In this document: positions 42,563 to 52,600 of the stretch, in pieces | Numbering within the stretch: the first letter of the stretch is position 1 | How the letters are laid out: every line of letters begins with the position of its first letter | NCBI GenBank assembly: GCA_045112395.1 | Contig: JBGUHW010000099.1 | Location: 1-61,913, forward strand | Length of the DNA: 61,913 bases | Origin: Bacteroidales bacterium | Lineage (GTDB): Bacteria > Bacteroidota > Bacteroidia > Bacteroidales > ML635J-15 | Reading direction: 5' to 3' | Translations under genes and position numbers: made by a program | The notes under the pieces: generated by a model | The model's database searches: none | What the model was told of the DNA's origin: nothing | Seen by the model: the letters and a program-made list of their open reading frames with translations, nothing else

Positions 42563-43950
42563 GTATGGCAAAGACCGACAAAAACATCATAAAGGAATTT
42601 AATGCGACACGAAGAAGCAAAAAATTTTTGTGCAATGCACCATTTTGCGCCATGCGGTTCAGCATAAGCGGACTTGTTTCCCCCTGCTGCCACTCTTTTG
42701 GATTAAACGACTGCTATCCCAACAGAAATATCCGGCAAATATGGGACGGAAGCATTTTTAAGGAATACCGCAAAAGCATACGAAATGGACAATTGCCAAA
42801 CTCATGCACATATTGTGAAAGCAGGCTAAAATCAAAGGAATTTTCACTAATTCCAATCCGACAATTCGACGACTTCAATGTCAAACGCATAGGATTCAAC
42901 AAACTCCAAACCCTCCAATTGGCAATAAGCAACAGATGCAACCTTAAATGCCCAATGTGCAATGAAATGTTTTCATCACAATACGATCAAACTGACACAT
43001 TCGGCAACAATAACATTTATGATGAAGCATTTATCAATGAACTTTACGAATACATTCCATATCTGAATGAATTGATATGCCTTGGAGGAGAACCTTTCCT
43101 AATCAATGAATATTATGACATCTGGGATAAAATAATAAATGAAAATCCGTCATGCAGAATCAGTGTCGTTACGAATGGAACAATACTTAATGACAGGATA
43201 AAACGGCTACTTGAATTAGGAAATTTCAGCATAAACCTCTCTTTCGAAACTATAGTAAAGGAAACATACGAAAAAATTCGTGTCAATGCCAACTACGACA
43301 CCGTGATTTCCAATATGGAGTATTTTGCCAAAGTGTTAAGGCAGCAGGGAAAAACATTGCAGATTCCTGCCTGTGCATTAAAGAGCAACTGTAAAGAGAT
43401 TCCTGATTTAGTGAGATTTTGCAACGAAAAAGAATATCACCTGACAATATTAACCACATACAGGGACATAGATGTTGCAATGTGGAGCTTATCTTCGAGC
43501 CAGTTGAAAGAATTGAAGGATTATTATCTCCAGCAAACATTTACAACCCACGACTGGAACTCGAACGACAATGTGTCGAATTTCAAAAACTTCATATCTA
43601 CAGTTGACAGATGGATTAATGATGCCGAAAAGAAAGAAAACTTTCAGAATATATTCGACCTGAAAACCGACAAGGTTGCCGACCTAAAGAATAGGCTATT
43701 TTCCAATATGGAAAAAAGTCTAAAAGAAACATCCCTGTCGGAAAATGACTTCTGCAAGAAGAGAGAATATGTTTTCGAAAAATGGAAACGCATAATGGAT
43801 AGTTTGCCCGAATATTTTGAAAGCAACCACTTATACAAAATACTATTGCAGGTTTCTCCATATATCATTGTTGAATATATGCTGAGGTGCAATAGCCAGA
43901 CAATGGCAAAAACATTAGAAGAAGGCTTTTATTACGGATTTACACATTGA
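42559..43950 (+). CDS. radical SAM protein, paralog 3, same architecture
   Basis: CNAPFCAMRFSISGLVSPCC...IRQIWDG...SCTYC, followed by SNRCNLKCPMC. There is an ATGA start/stop overlap with paralog 2. Confidence 0.85.
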   Translation: MSMAKTDKNIIKEFNATRRSKKFLCNAPFCAMRFSISGLVSPCCHSFGLNDCYPNRNIRQIWDGSIFKEYRKSIRNGQLPNSCTYCESRLKSKEFSLIPIRQFDDFNVKRIGFNKLQTLQLAISNRCNLKCPMCNEMFSSQYDQTDTFGNNNIYDEAFINELYEYIPYLNELICLGGEPFLINEYYDIWDKIINENPSCRISVVTNGTILNDRIKRLLELGNFSINLSFETIVKETYEKIRVNANYDTVISNMEYFAKVLRQQGKTLQIPACALKSNCKEIPDLVRFCNEKEYHLTILTTYRDIDVAMWSLSSSQLKELKDYYLQQTFTTHDWNSNDNVSNFKNFISTVDRWINDAEKKENFQNIFDLKTDKVADLKNRLFSNMEKSLKETSLSENDFCKKREYVFEKWKRIMDSLPEYFESNHLYKILLQVSPYIIVEYMLRCNSQTMAKTLEEGFYYGFTH

Positions 43951-43972
43951 AACAATTTACAAAAAATAAATT

Positions 43973-44572
43973 ATGATTATCGCAGGAGCAGGTTCGGCAG
44001 GAATTGAAACATTGGGAATATATCTTTCGACAGGAAAGACAGATATCGTTTTGTTCGATGACAAATCAAACACAAATGTTGAATTTTTAGGACAACAATA
44101 CAAAATTATCAGCACCGAAGAAGATTTGCTGTGCAAAATATCAAGAAATCCAGAATTTTGTGTTGCCGTTGGAAATCCAAGAATGCGAGAGAAACTTTTC
44201 GAAAGGCTTATCGCACTTGGTGGGAAGCCAACAAACATAGTAAATAGCAAGTTTTTATATTGCATATCCGACTTACCACAAAACGGATCCATTATACAGC
44301 CAGGCGTAAACATATCCTACGGCTTCGAAATGGGGAAATCGTGCATGCTTCACGCCAACTCAACTATCGGACACAAGGTCAAGCTTGGGAACTTTATAAA
44401 TGTTGGCCCCTCATGCGCCATCATCGGACCTTGCGAAATAGGCGACTATTCATATATAGGTGCAGGAAGCGTAATTCTTCCGCATCACAAAATTGGAAGA
44501 AATGTCGTTGTTTCGGCAGGAAGCGTTGTAAACAAAGACCTAACGGATTATGAAACATTTTCACAAGTATAA
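43973..44572 (+). CDS. NeuD/PglD-family sugar acyltransferase (left-handed beta-helix)
   Basis: N-terminal Rossmann-like IIAGAGSAG...VAVGNP, followed by hexapeptide repeats (IGHKVKLGNFINVGPSCAIIGPCEIGDYSYIGAGSVI). Confidence 0.8.
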   Translation: MIIAGAGSAGIETLGIYLSTGKTDIVLFDDKSNTNVEFLGQQYKIISTEEDLLCKISRNPEFCVAVGNPRMREKLFERLIALGGKPTNIVNSKFLYCISDLPQNGSIIQPGVNISYGFEMGKSCMLHANSTIGHKVKLGNFINVGPSCAIIGPCEIGDYSYIGAGSVILPHHKIGRNVVVSAGSVVNKDLTDYETFSQV

Positions 44573-44617
44573 CTTATGCATTTTGCGTAAAAAATTCATT
44601 TTTTCTGTTTTATAATG

Positions 44618-45358
44618 TTACTCCGCTTTCCTTGTTCCGTTACATTCTGGATACGATGAGCAACTCCAAAATTCTTTGCCTAAGTTGATGCCTTTTTTAG
44701 CAATACGCTTTATCATAGGTTTCCCACATTTTGGACATAATGGAGATTCTGTTTGAATACTTTGTTCAGTGCGGTAGGCAAGTCTTTCTGCTGTCAAGCC
44801 TTCAGTAAATCCACCTTCTTCACGAAAAGATGAAAGTAAAGTTTCAATTTGCTTGCCCAGCATTGATATTAGACGGTTACAAAGTGTCAGTATGCATCTG
44901 GCTTCGGTCATTGAATCGTTAGAATTGAACCATTCGTCCCACTTGTGTTTTTGTGTCAGTATGTGAATGCTGCTCAGATATTGGACATCTTCCTTGTAGT
45001 TTGCTCTATCAAGAAAGATTGCATTTACTTTTTTGTGTTCATCAGAATGAATTGACCAAGGAAGTTGTTCGTGCTGTAACAACCAATTTACATAGTCATT
45101 GGCCAATTCTGCAAGACTAGCTCTGGCAACATCAGTAAGTTTCATTTCCGTTTCCTTTGAAGTGGAATGGCGTGAGTTGCCTTCCGCAATGTTGGCAGGT
45201 ACAGAACGAGCGGCTTGTGTCATCTGGTCATATTGACGACCACAAGGGTCATTTGAGCGGTTAAGATAGCGTTTACAGAAATCTTGGGTGGCAAGTTGAA
45301 TTATGTTTGCCAAAACCCATGTGTCAAGCCAGAAATATGCTTGTCGAAATATTTTCAT
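44618..45358 (-). CDS. four-helix-bundle (23S rRNA IVS protein-like) protein fused to a topoisomerase-type C4 zinc finger
   Basis: QMTQAARSVPANIAEGNSRHSTSKE is the signature of the four-helix-bundle/S23p family. The C-terminus CPKCGKPM...FWSCSSYPECNG is a zf-C4-topoisomerase-like motif. Confidence 0.7.
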   Translation of the reverse strand: MKIFRQAYFWLDTWVLANIIQLATQDFCKRYLNRSNDPCGRQYDQMTQAARSVPANIAEGNSRHSTSKETEMKLTDVARASLAELANDYVNWLLQHEQLPWSIHSDEHKKVNAIFLDRANYKEDVQYLSSIHILTQKHKWDEWFNSNDSMTEARCILTLCNRLISMLGKQIETLLSSFREEGGFTEGLTAERLAYRTEQSIQTESPLCPKCGKPMIKRIAKKGINLGKEFWSCSSYPECNGTRKAE

Positions 45359-45374
45359 TCAGTTTCTTTTTTTG

Positions 45375-45382
45375 CAAAAATA
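45375..45382 (-). promoter_or_regulatory. -7 box TATTTTTG
   Basis: The reverse complement of caaaaata is TATTTTTG, 16 nt upstream of the ATG at 45358. Confidence 0.45.
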
Positions 45383-45406
45383 AATATTTTTCTCCAATCG
45401 AGTACC

Positions 45407-45463
45407 TTGTCATTGTGTCTTATGTCATTATGTAGATACTATGACATCGTGACACAATGACAA
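45407..45463. repeat. 57-nt nested imperfect palindrome
   Basis: ttgtcattgtgtc(45407-45419)...gacacaatgacaa(45451-45463), with the inner pair atgtcat(45422-45428)/atgacat(45441-45447). Confidence 0.7.
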
Positions 45464-45494
45464 AAAAACGAGCGATATTGTCGCTCGTTTTTTT
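45462..45494 (-). terminator. rho-independent terminator after mutB
   Basis: A7-cgagcga-tattg-tcgctcg-T7, symmetric and therefore potentially bidirectional. Confidence 0.7.
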
Positions 45495-45515
45495 GCATTA
45501 TGCTGTTTTCCTTTT

Positions 45516-47645
45516 TTATTCTGCCATCAACAGTTCCAGCATGCTGATTGCTGACTTCGAAACAGGTGTTCCAGGACCGTAGATTGCTGCTACGCCTGCA
45601 TCGTAGAGGAACTGATAGTCCTGAGCTGGGATAACACCGCCAGCGGTAACCATGATGTCGTCACGACCCAACTTCTTGAGTTCTTCTATCAAGGCTGGAA
45701 TCAAGGTCTTGTGACCTGCTGCCAAAGATGATACACCAACAATGTGGACATCGTTCTCAACAGCCTGCTTTGCTGCTTCTTCAGGAGTCTGGAACAATGG
45801 TCCCATATCGACGTCGAAACCGCAGTCGGCGTAACCGGTTGCAACAACCTTTGCGCCACGGTCGTGTCCGTCCTGACCCATCTTAACAACCATAATACGA
45901 GGCTGACGGCCTTCTTTCTTCGCAAACTCACGACAAAGTTCCTTTGCCCTTTCAAATTCGGCGTCGTTCTTGGTTTCCGAAGAATATACGCCAGAGATAG
46001 TCTTAATCACAGCTTTATGTCTTCCTACAATTTTTTCACATGCATCCGAAATTTCACCCAACGAAGCGCGAACCTTTGCTGCTTCAACAGCGAGTTCGAG
46101 CAAGTTGCCTTCGCCAGTTTCAACGCATCTTGTAATAGCATCCAATGCTCGGCGAACATCGTCGTTGTTGCGGTTTGCCCTCAATTCCTGCAATCTTCTT
46201 ACCTGCTGGTTTCTAACTGCGGTGTTGTCAACTGCGAGAATATCAATCGGGTCTTCCTTTTCGAGACGATACTTGTTAATACCAACAATTGTCTGGTTTC
46301 CGCTGTCGATGCGAGCCTGGGTGCGAGCTGCAGCCTCTTCGATACGCAACTTTGGAATACCGCTGTCGATTGCCTTTGCCATACCGCCAAGCTCTTCAAC
46401 TTCCTGAATGTGCTTCCAAGCGCGGTGTGCAAGGTCGTTGGTGAGGCTTTCAATGTAGTAAGAACCAGCCCACGGGTCGATTGAACGGCAAACGTTGGTT
46501 TCTTCCTGGATGTAAATCTGGGTGTTACGAGCGATACGTGCCGAGAAGTCGGTTGGCAAAGCGATTGCCTCGTCGAGAGCGTTGGTGTGCAACGACTGGG
46601 TGTGTCCCAAAGCAGCGCCCATTGCTTCGATACAAGTACGTGTAACATTGTTGAACGGGTCCTGTTCGGTAAGCGACCAACCCGATGTCTGGCTGTGTGT
46701 ACGCAGCGACAACGACTTCGGATTCTTCGGGTTGAACTGCTTTACAATCTTTGCCCACAGCATACGTGCTGCACGCATCTTTGCAATCTCCATGAAGTGG
46801 TTCATACCTATTGCCCAGAAGAACGACAGACGCGGTGCGAAAGCGTCAACATCGATGCCAGCCTTGACACCTGTACGAAGGTATTCGAGACCGTCGGCAA
46901 GAGTGTATGCCATTTCGATGTCGTTGGTTGCACCTGCTTCCTGCATGTGGTAGCCCGAAATCGAAATCGAATTGAACTTAGGCATATACTTCGATGTGTA
47001 GGCAAATATATCACCGATGATACGCATTGAGAACTCAGGCGGATATATATAGGTATTACGAACCATGAATTCCTTGAGGATGTCGTTCTGGATTGTACCA
47101 GCCATTTCCTCTTGCTTTACGCCCTGTTCCAAACCTGCCACGATGTAGAATGCAAGAATCGGCAATACTGCGCCGTTCATTGTCATTGATACCGACATCT
47201 TGCCCAATGGAATCTGGTCGAACAGAATCTTCATATCCTCAACCGAGCAGATGCTAACACCAGCCTTACCAACATCACCTACAACGCGCGGATGATCGGC
47301 GTCGTAGCCACGGTGGGTCGGGAGGTCGAATGCAACCGACAGACCTTTCTGACCTGCTGCAAGGTTACGGCGGTAGAATGCGTTAGATTCTTCTGCTGTC
47401 GAGAAACCTGCATACTGGCGGATTGTCCACGGCTTCTGCACGTACATTGTTGAGTAAGGACCACGAAGGAAAGGCGGCACACCTGCTGCATAGTTCAGAT
47501 GTTCCATTCCTGCAAGGTCGTCGGCAGTGTAGATGCCCTTTACGCTAATTTGTTCGGGGGTTGTCCAGAGCGACTGGTCGCTGTTGTTTCCGCAGCATTC
47601 AGCTGCTTTGCCCGTATATTTTATATCTTTGAAATTCGGTCTCAT
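45516..47645 (-). CDS. mutB: methylmalonyl-CoA mutase large (catalytic, B12-binding) subunit
   Basis: [28 protein letters not shown] and a C-terminal B12 domain with [11 protein letters not shown]. Confidence 0.95.
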   Translation of the reverse strand: MRPNFKDIKYTGKAAECCGNNSDQSLWTTPEQISVKGIYTADDLAGMEHLNYAAGVPPFLRGPYSTMYVQKPWTIRQYAGFSTAEESNAFYRRNLAAGQKGLSVAFDLPTHRGYDADHPRVVGDVGKAGVSICSVEDMKILFDQIPLGKMSVSMTMNGAVLPILAFYIVAGLEQGVKQEEMAGTIQNDILKEFMVRNTYIYPPEFSMRIIGDIFAYTSKYMPKFNSISISGYHMQEAGATNDIEMAYTLADGLEYLRTGVKAGIDVDAFAPRLSFFWAIGMNHFMEIAKMRAARMLWAKIVKQFNPKNPKSLSLRTHSQTSGWSLTEQDPFNNVTRTCIEAMGAALGHTQSLHTNALDEAIALPTDFSARIARNTQIYIQEETNVCRSIDPWAGSYYIESLTNDLAHRAWKHIQEVEELGGMAKAIDSGIPKLRIEEAAARTQARIDSGNQTIVGINKYRLEKEDPIDILAVDNTAVRNQQVRRLQELRANRNNDDVRRALDAITRCVETGEGNLLELAVEAAKVRASLGEISDACEKIVGRHKAVIKTISGVYSSETKNDAEFERAKELCREFAKKEGRQPRIMVVKMGQDGHDRGAKVVATGYADCGFDVDMGPLFQTPEEAAKQAVENDVHIVGVSSLAAGHKTLIPALIEELKKLGRDDIMVTAGGVIPAQDYQFLYDAGVAAIYGPGTPVSKSAISMLELLMAE

Positions 47646-47653
47646 GGCTTCTG

Positions 47654-49555
47654 TTATAATTCGTTAATACCCAACATTTTTTGATATTCCTTCAAGGTTT
47701 CAAGCACATTGCACTTTACGTGGATGTAGTTCTTGATGCCCTTTTCTTCGAGTGCGGGACGGCATTCGGGGTCGCCGGCAACAACAAGTATTGCCTTGTC
47801 GCCAATGAGTTCGGCAATCTGCGGAACTGCTTCGGCGTATTCGTCGTCCGACGAGCAGGCAACAACTATCTGAGCCTTCGATTCCAAAGCTGCCTTTGCG
47901 CCTTCCTCGATTGTTGCGAAGCGGTTGTTGTCCATAACCTTCATGCCAGCCACTGCGAAGAAGTTCGACGAGAACTGAGCTCTTGCACGGCACATTGCCA
48001 GGTTGCCGAATGTAAGCATGAATGCCTTCGGTTCTACACCACTACGGTCGGTAGCAAGACGAAGTGCCTCGAATGCTTCGGCACCACGGTAAGGCTTCAA
48101 TGGTTCGGCTATCTTTTCGTGCGAGCAGCAGTCGGCTTCTTCCATCTTCATGCCCATCATTGTAGGAATGTCGCGCGATACGATTTCCTTGGTAATGTTG
48201 GCTTCGGCTCTCTCGTTGAAGTTCGGGAACTGGTTGGTTCCAAGCAATGTTTCGCGGCGGGTTGCGATGTTCTTGTCGCGCTTGTCCGAAACAACCTTGA
48301 TTTCCGATTGTACGAAGCCTTCCTTGAACTTAACTACGAATCCGCCACCGTCTTCAACAGTCTTGAAGAGGTTCCAAGCGGTGTCGGCTATCGAGTTTGT
48401 AAGGTTTTCGATGTAGTACGAACCAGCAGCAGGGTCAACAACCTTGTCGAAGTGCGATTCTTCCTTGAGGATAGTCTGCACATTGCGAGCGATACGGTTC
48501 GAGAAGTCGGTAGGAACTTCGAACGGGTAGTCGTAAGGAAGAACTTCGAGGTAATCGACACCGGCGATGATTGCGCTCATAGCCTCGGTAGTTCCGCGAA
48601 GCATATTTACGTATGCATCGTAAACTGTCTGGTTCCATTCGCTGGTGGTTGCAGCAATCTGCATCTTCTTTGCGCATTCCGAATCGCAACCGTAAGCCTC
48701 AACTATGTTTGCCCACAGCATTCTTGCGGCGCGGAACTTAGCAATTTCCATGAAGTAGGTACTTCCAACACCAAACAGGAATACCATCTTCTTTGCGACT
48801 TCTTCGGCGGTCAAGCCTTCGTCGGTGAGGCGCGACAGGTATTCGCTACCTTCCGAAAGGGTGAAAGCAAGTTCCTGAACCGATGATGAGCCAGCGCTAT
48901 TGAAAGTGTATCCGTCAACGCAGATAACGCGAACGCGCTTGTAGTCCTTAGCCATCTTTACGCATTCGGCAAGCAACTTGAAAGCCTTGTCCTCGCAGAG
49001 GAAACCTTTGTTGGTGAGGTTTCGCAGCGGGTTGAAGTCGAAGTTGGCTCTAATCTCGTTCTTGTCGATTCCGAGAGAATCAACGTATGCGAGGAAATTC
49101 TTCAAGGTTTCCATGGTCTTGAGGCAGCAACCGATGAATGTAACCGGAGTCTTGTCCAGCTTGATGTCGGCGAGCAGAGCCTCGAAATCGGCCTTGGTCT
49201 GAACCTTTGTATTGTCGATGTAGAAACCGAGCGATTCGATTCCCTTTGTCAGCAGCATTTTTGCGGTAGCGTTGGCTTTCTTGTAGTCACCGTCGCAGCA
49301 GCAGATGCCGTGGTGTATGAACCAGTTGTTGTTATTCTTGGTTCCACGGACAAATGGGAACTCACCTGGCTTCGAGTCCAAATATTTTATGTCATTTAGG
49401 TTGTCGGCGCGGTAGTATGGGCGGACATTGAATCCTTCCTGAGTTTTCCATACGAGTTTCTTCTCGTAGTCGGCGCCTTTTAAGTCCTTGATTATTACAT
49501 CCTCCCATTCTTGGGTCGGCACGGGAGGAAATTCTTGAAACAATTTATTATCCAT
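47654..49555 (-). CDS. mutA: methylmalonyl-CoA mutase small subunit
   Basis: 633 aa with mutase-fold similarity ([22 protein letters not shown]). It lacks the DxHxxG B12 ligand motif and lies upstream of mutB. Confidence 0.9.
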   Translation of the reverse strand: MDNKLFQEFPPVPTQEWEDVIIKDLKGADYEKKLVWKTQEGFNVRPYYRADNLNDIKYLDSKPGEFPFVRGTKNNNNWFIHHGICCCDGDYKKANATAKMLLTKGIESLGFYIDNTKVQTKADFEALLADIKLDKTPVTFIGCCLKTMETLKNFLAYVDSLGIDKNEIRANFDFNPLRNLTNKGFLCEDKAFKLLAECVKMAKDYKRVRVICVDGYTFNSAGSSSVQELAFTLSEGSEYLSRLTDEGLTAEEVAKKMVFLFGVGSTYFMEIAKFRAARMLWANIVEAYGCDSECAKKMQIAATTSEWNQTVYDAYVNMLRGTTEAMSAIIAGVDYLEVLPYDYPFEVPTDFSNRIARNVQTILKEESHFDKVVDPAAGSYYIENLTNSIADTAWNLFKTVEDGGGFVVKFKEGFVQSEIKVVSDKRDKNIATRRETLLGTNQFPNFNERAEANITKEIVSRDIPTMMGMKMEEADCCSHEKIAEPLKPYRGAEAFEALRLATDRSGVEPKAFMLTFGNLAMCRARAQFSSNFFAVAGMKVMDNNRFATIEEGAKAALESKAQIVVACSSDDEYAEAVPQIAELIGDKAILVVAGDPECRPALEEKGIKNYIHVKCNVLETLKEYQKMLGINEL

Positions 49556-49577
49556 CTGTACAGAAATTTTTAGGGTG

Positions 49578-49585
49578 CAAAGTTA
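49578..49585 (-). promoter_or_regulatory. -7 box TAACTTTG upstream of mutA
   Basis: The reverse complement of caaagtta is TAACTTTG, 22 nt upstream of the ATG at 49555. Confidence 0.45.
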
Positions 49586-49632
49586 ATACCTTTTTTTATT
49601 ATAAGGTATATGTTTTTGATTTATATACGCAT

Positions 49633-49662
49633 AAAAAAAATCGGACAGCCGAAACTGCCCGA
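49633..49662 (-). terminator. rho-independent terminator after the giant adhesin gene
   Basis: Minus strand: tcgggcag-tttcgg-ctgtccga (7 of 8 bp paired) followed by T8. Confidence 0.6.
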
Positions 49663-49688
49663 TTTTATTGGAAATAAGTTTGTTAAAT

Positions 49689-52600
49689 TTAGTACAAAAT
49701 TGATACTGTACCAGTGTAAGCCCTGTCTTTTTCAAGGTTTTCGAGGTTTACAATGTACAAGTAGACACCTGATGGCACATAATGTCCACGATAGCGTCCG
49801 TCCCATGGCTCGTCAGTACCACGTCCTTCGTACAGCAACTGTCCCCAACGGTTGTAAACATAAATGTATGCTTCGGGGAACATTCCTATATTCTCGATTA
49901 CCCAAGTGTCGTTCACACCGTCCTCGTTTGGTGTAAATACATTAGGAATCTTTATACATTCACCCACATGATCATACATTGAAAGTGCATTCATAGTTAT
50001 GCGACAATCGTTTGCATCGGTAATAGTTATGCTGTATGTTCCCTGAACAAGGTCTGTCATCATATTGGTTTCGTTTGCCGAATTTGCCCACGAGTATGTG
50101 TACGGAGCTTCACCACCAGTAACCTCCAATTCGATGCTTCCATCGCGTCCGCCAGTACATGAAGGAGGTATAATTAGCGGTGTTACCTTTATCTGTTCCG
50201 GCTCGGCTATACTTGTAGTTACAGATACTGTACATCCGTATACATCGGTGACAACCACCGAGTATATTCCTGCACTAAGTCCATCAAATATAGGACCACC
50301 TGTCATGGTCAAGTTGCCATAATGCATAGAATATTCTATTGGCGATGTTCCACCGCTGGCAGTTGCACTGATTTTTCCGCCTCTGCCGCCATAACATTGG
50401 ATGTCTGTAGTTTCGGCACTTACCAATAATCGTTCTGGCCATGTTATTGTATAGGTGCTTACGTTGGTACAACCATTACCATCAGAGATGGTTAGCGAGT
50501 AGCTTCCTGCTCCTAGTTCATTTATGCTGGAGTTGTGCGTTCCGTTGCTCCATGAATAGCTATATGGTTCTGTTCCTCCACTGACACTAACAGCGACCGT
50601 ACCGGCACGTTCTCCGAAACATTTTGGATTGCCTGAAGTTGAATTAATAGTTAGCGGACGCGGTTCGGTAACATCGTATGTTGCAGTACCTTCGCAACCC
50701 CATGCATCGGTAATAGTTACAGAATATGTGCCTGCGCCAACATTGAAGTTTGTCTGGTAGGTTGCTCCGTTGCTCCAGATGCAACTCTGGAATGGCATTG
50801 CAGCACTTTCTGATGTTACGACAAGAACACCAGTGTTGTTTCCGTTGCATGATATTGGATTCTGCTCTTCTATTACAGCAGGTATTATGCCGATATTCCT
50901 TATTGTTGCATTCTGTGCAAGCGTACAATTGTTTCCATCGGTTACTGTTACAGAATAATCTCCACTTGTAAGGTTAGAAATTGCATCTGCATCCGATCCA
51001 TTTGTCCATCTGTACTGATATGGAGTCTGACCGCCGTCAACACTAACCGATACGTTACCCAGCGATATTCCGCACTGTACATCCGCATGTGTCATGTTAA
51101 TTCGCATTGCATCTGGTTGCGATATTGTAGTTGAAGCCGTAGATGTACATCCTGTCGAATTATCGGTTACAGTTACATTATAGGTATTAGGTTCGAGAGA
51201 TGTTATGTTGGCCGAAGTCTGATTGTTTGACCATACATACGAATACGAGCCCGACCCACCAGTTACACTAGTCGTAATTATACCATTTCCAAAGCCATAG
51301 CATGTCACATCTGCAGGTGTAATTGTTATGGTCGGATTTGGATTTACAGTTAAGTTCAGTGTTACAACACTATCACATCCGTTTACAGTCAGCAAGTCCT
51401 GTACATAAGTACCGCGCACACTTTCGTTGAAGCCGTTTTCTGTATAAGTCTCACCTTCACAAATACTAGCATTGATTACCGGGTGATATGTTGGGTTTAC
51501 AGTTATTACACGTGTTGTTGGCTGCGCATTAGTACCAGTAAGGGCAATTCGGATGATATTTTCACCTGGTGTTGTCCATTCTACCTCTATTGTTTCTGTT
51601 CCTTGTCCCGAAATTATGTTTCCACCCTGAACAGTCCAGTTGTAATAACTTCCAGGAACTACAGTAGAGTAGGTTACTATGTCGCCTTGGCATACTGGGC
51701 TTGGTCCGTCAATTGGAATATCGCAGTAGTCAATGTTTATTGTACCGCTAACCGAAGTTTCATTGCAAGCTACATTTTGTCCTGTCGTTGTTATAGTGTA
51801 GTCGATTCTACCTACTCCACTAGCATTTCCACTGATAGTTATCTGGTTTCCTTCTTCGGAATAATCGATTCCGTATGCCGGGAATCCTGTTACCGATACA
51901 CCAGTAGCCCCACCTCCGTACTCGAAAGTGAGTTCGGTAATATCGTATAGGAAGCACGCGTCAAGTGGATTTACCGAGGATGGGGTTATCGTAGGTGGTG
52001 TTGCAAATGTTATTGTAACATCGTCCGAAACAACAGTAGATGGACAATGAACATTTTCGAAGCGCCATGTCATTGTAGCATCGTACGGATAGGTTGTTCC
52101 ATTATATGTTATTGTTGCAATAGGAGAACTTGCATCAGAAATACTTACATTTGCTGGCAAGTTCGTCCAACCGCCTATCCAATCCGAACTAGGCCACGAA
52201 GCATCAAGTGTATATTCGTTTGCACATACATTGTCATCGTCACCAGCTAATATCTCTGTAATATCATTGTACAATTCAAGATTATACATCTGGTTAAGTT
52301 GTGCCGAACAACCATTAGGAACCGAAATCGACGTTATGGTGAGTAGCATGGTTTCGGTTATCGTGTGTGATGCTTGATATGGTGTCGTAACAGTATAGTT
52401 TTCTGAATTTTCACCAGCAGAAATCGTGTATGTGACAGTAGCTCCTGAAGGATACGAGTTTATCATGAAATTCGAAGAACTTCCAGAGCACACAGGCGTA
52501 ATGCCAGTTACTTCAACTGTAGGAGACGGATTGATTGTGACATTGGCTTCTGCCGATTCGATTCCGCAGTCGTTAACGACATATGCAGTATATATTCCTG

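Noticed and set aside
45744-48886. Long plus-strand ORFs, for example 45744-46484, 46522-46953 and 47681-48886 (401 aa).
   Set aside because: They are antisense to mutB and mutA, which have full-length, motif-supported frames.
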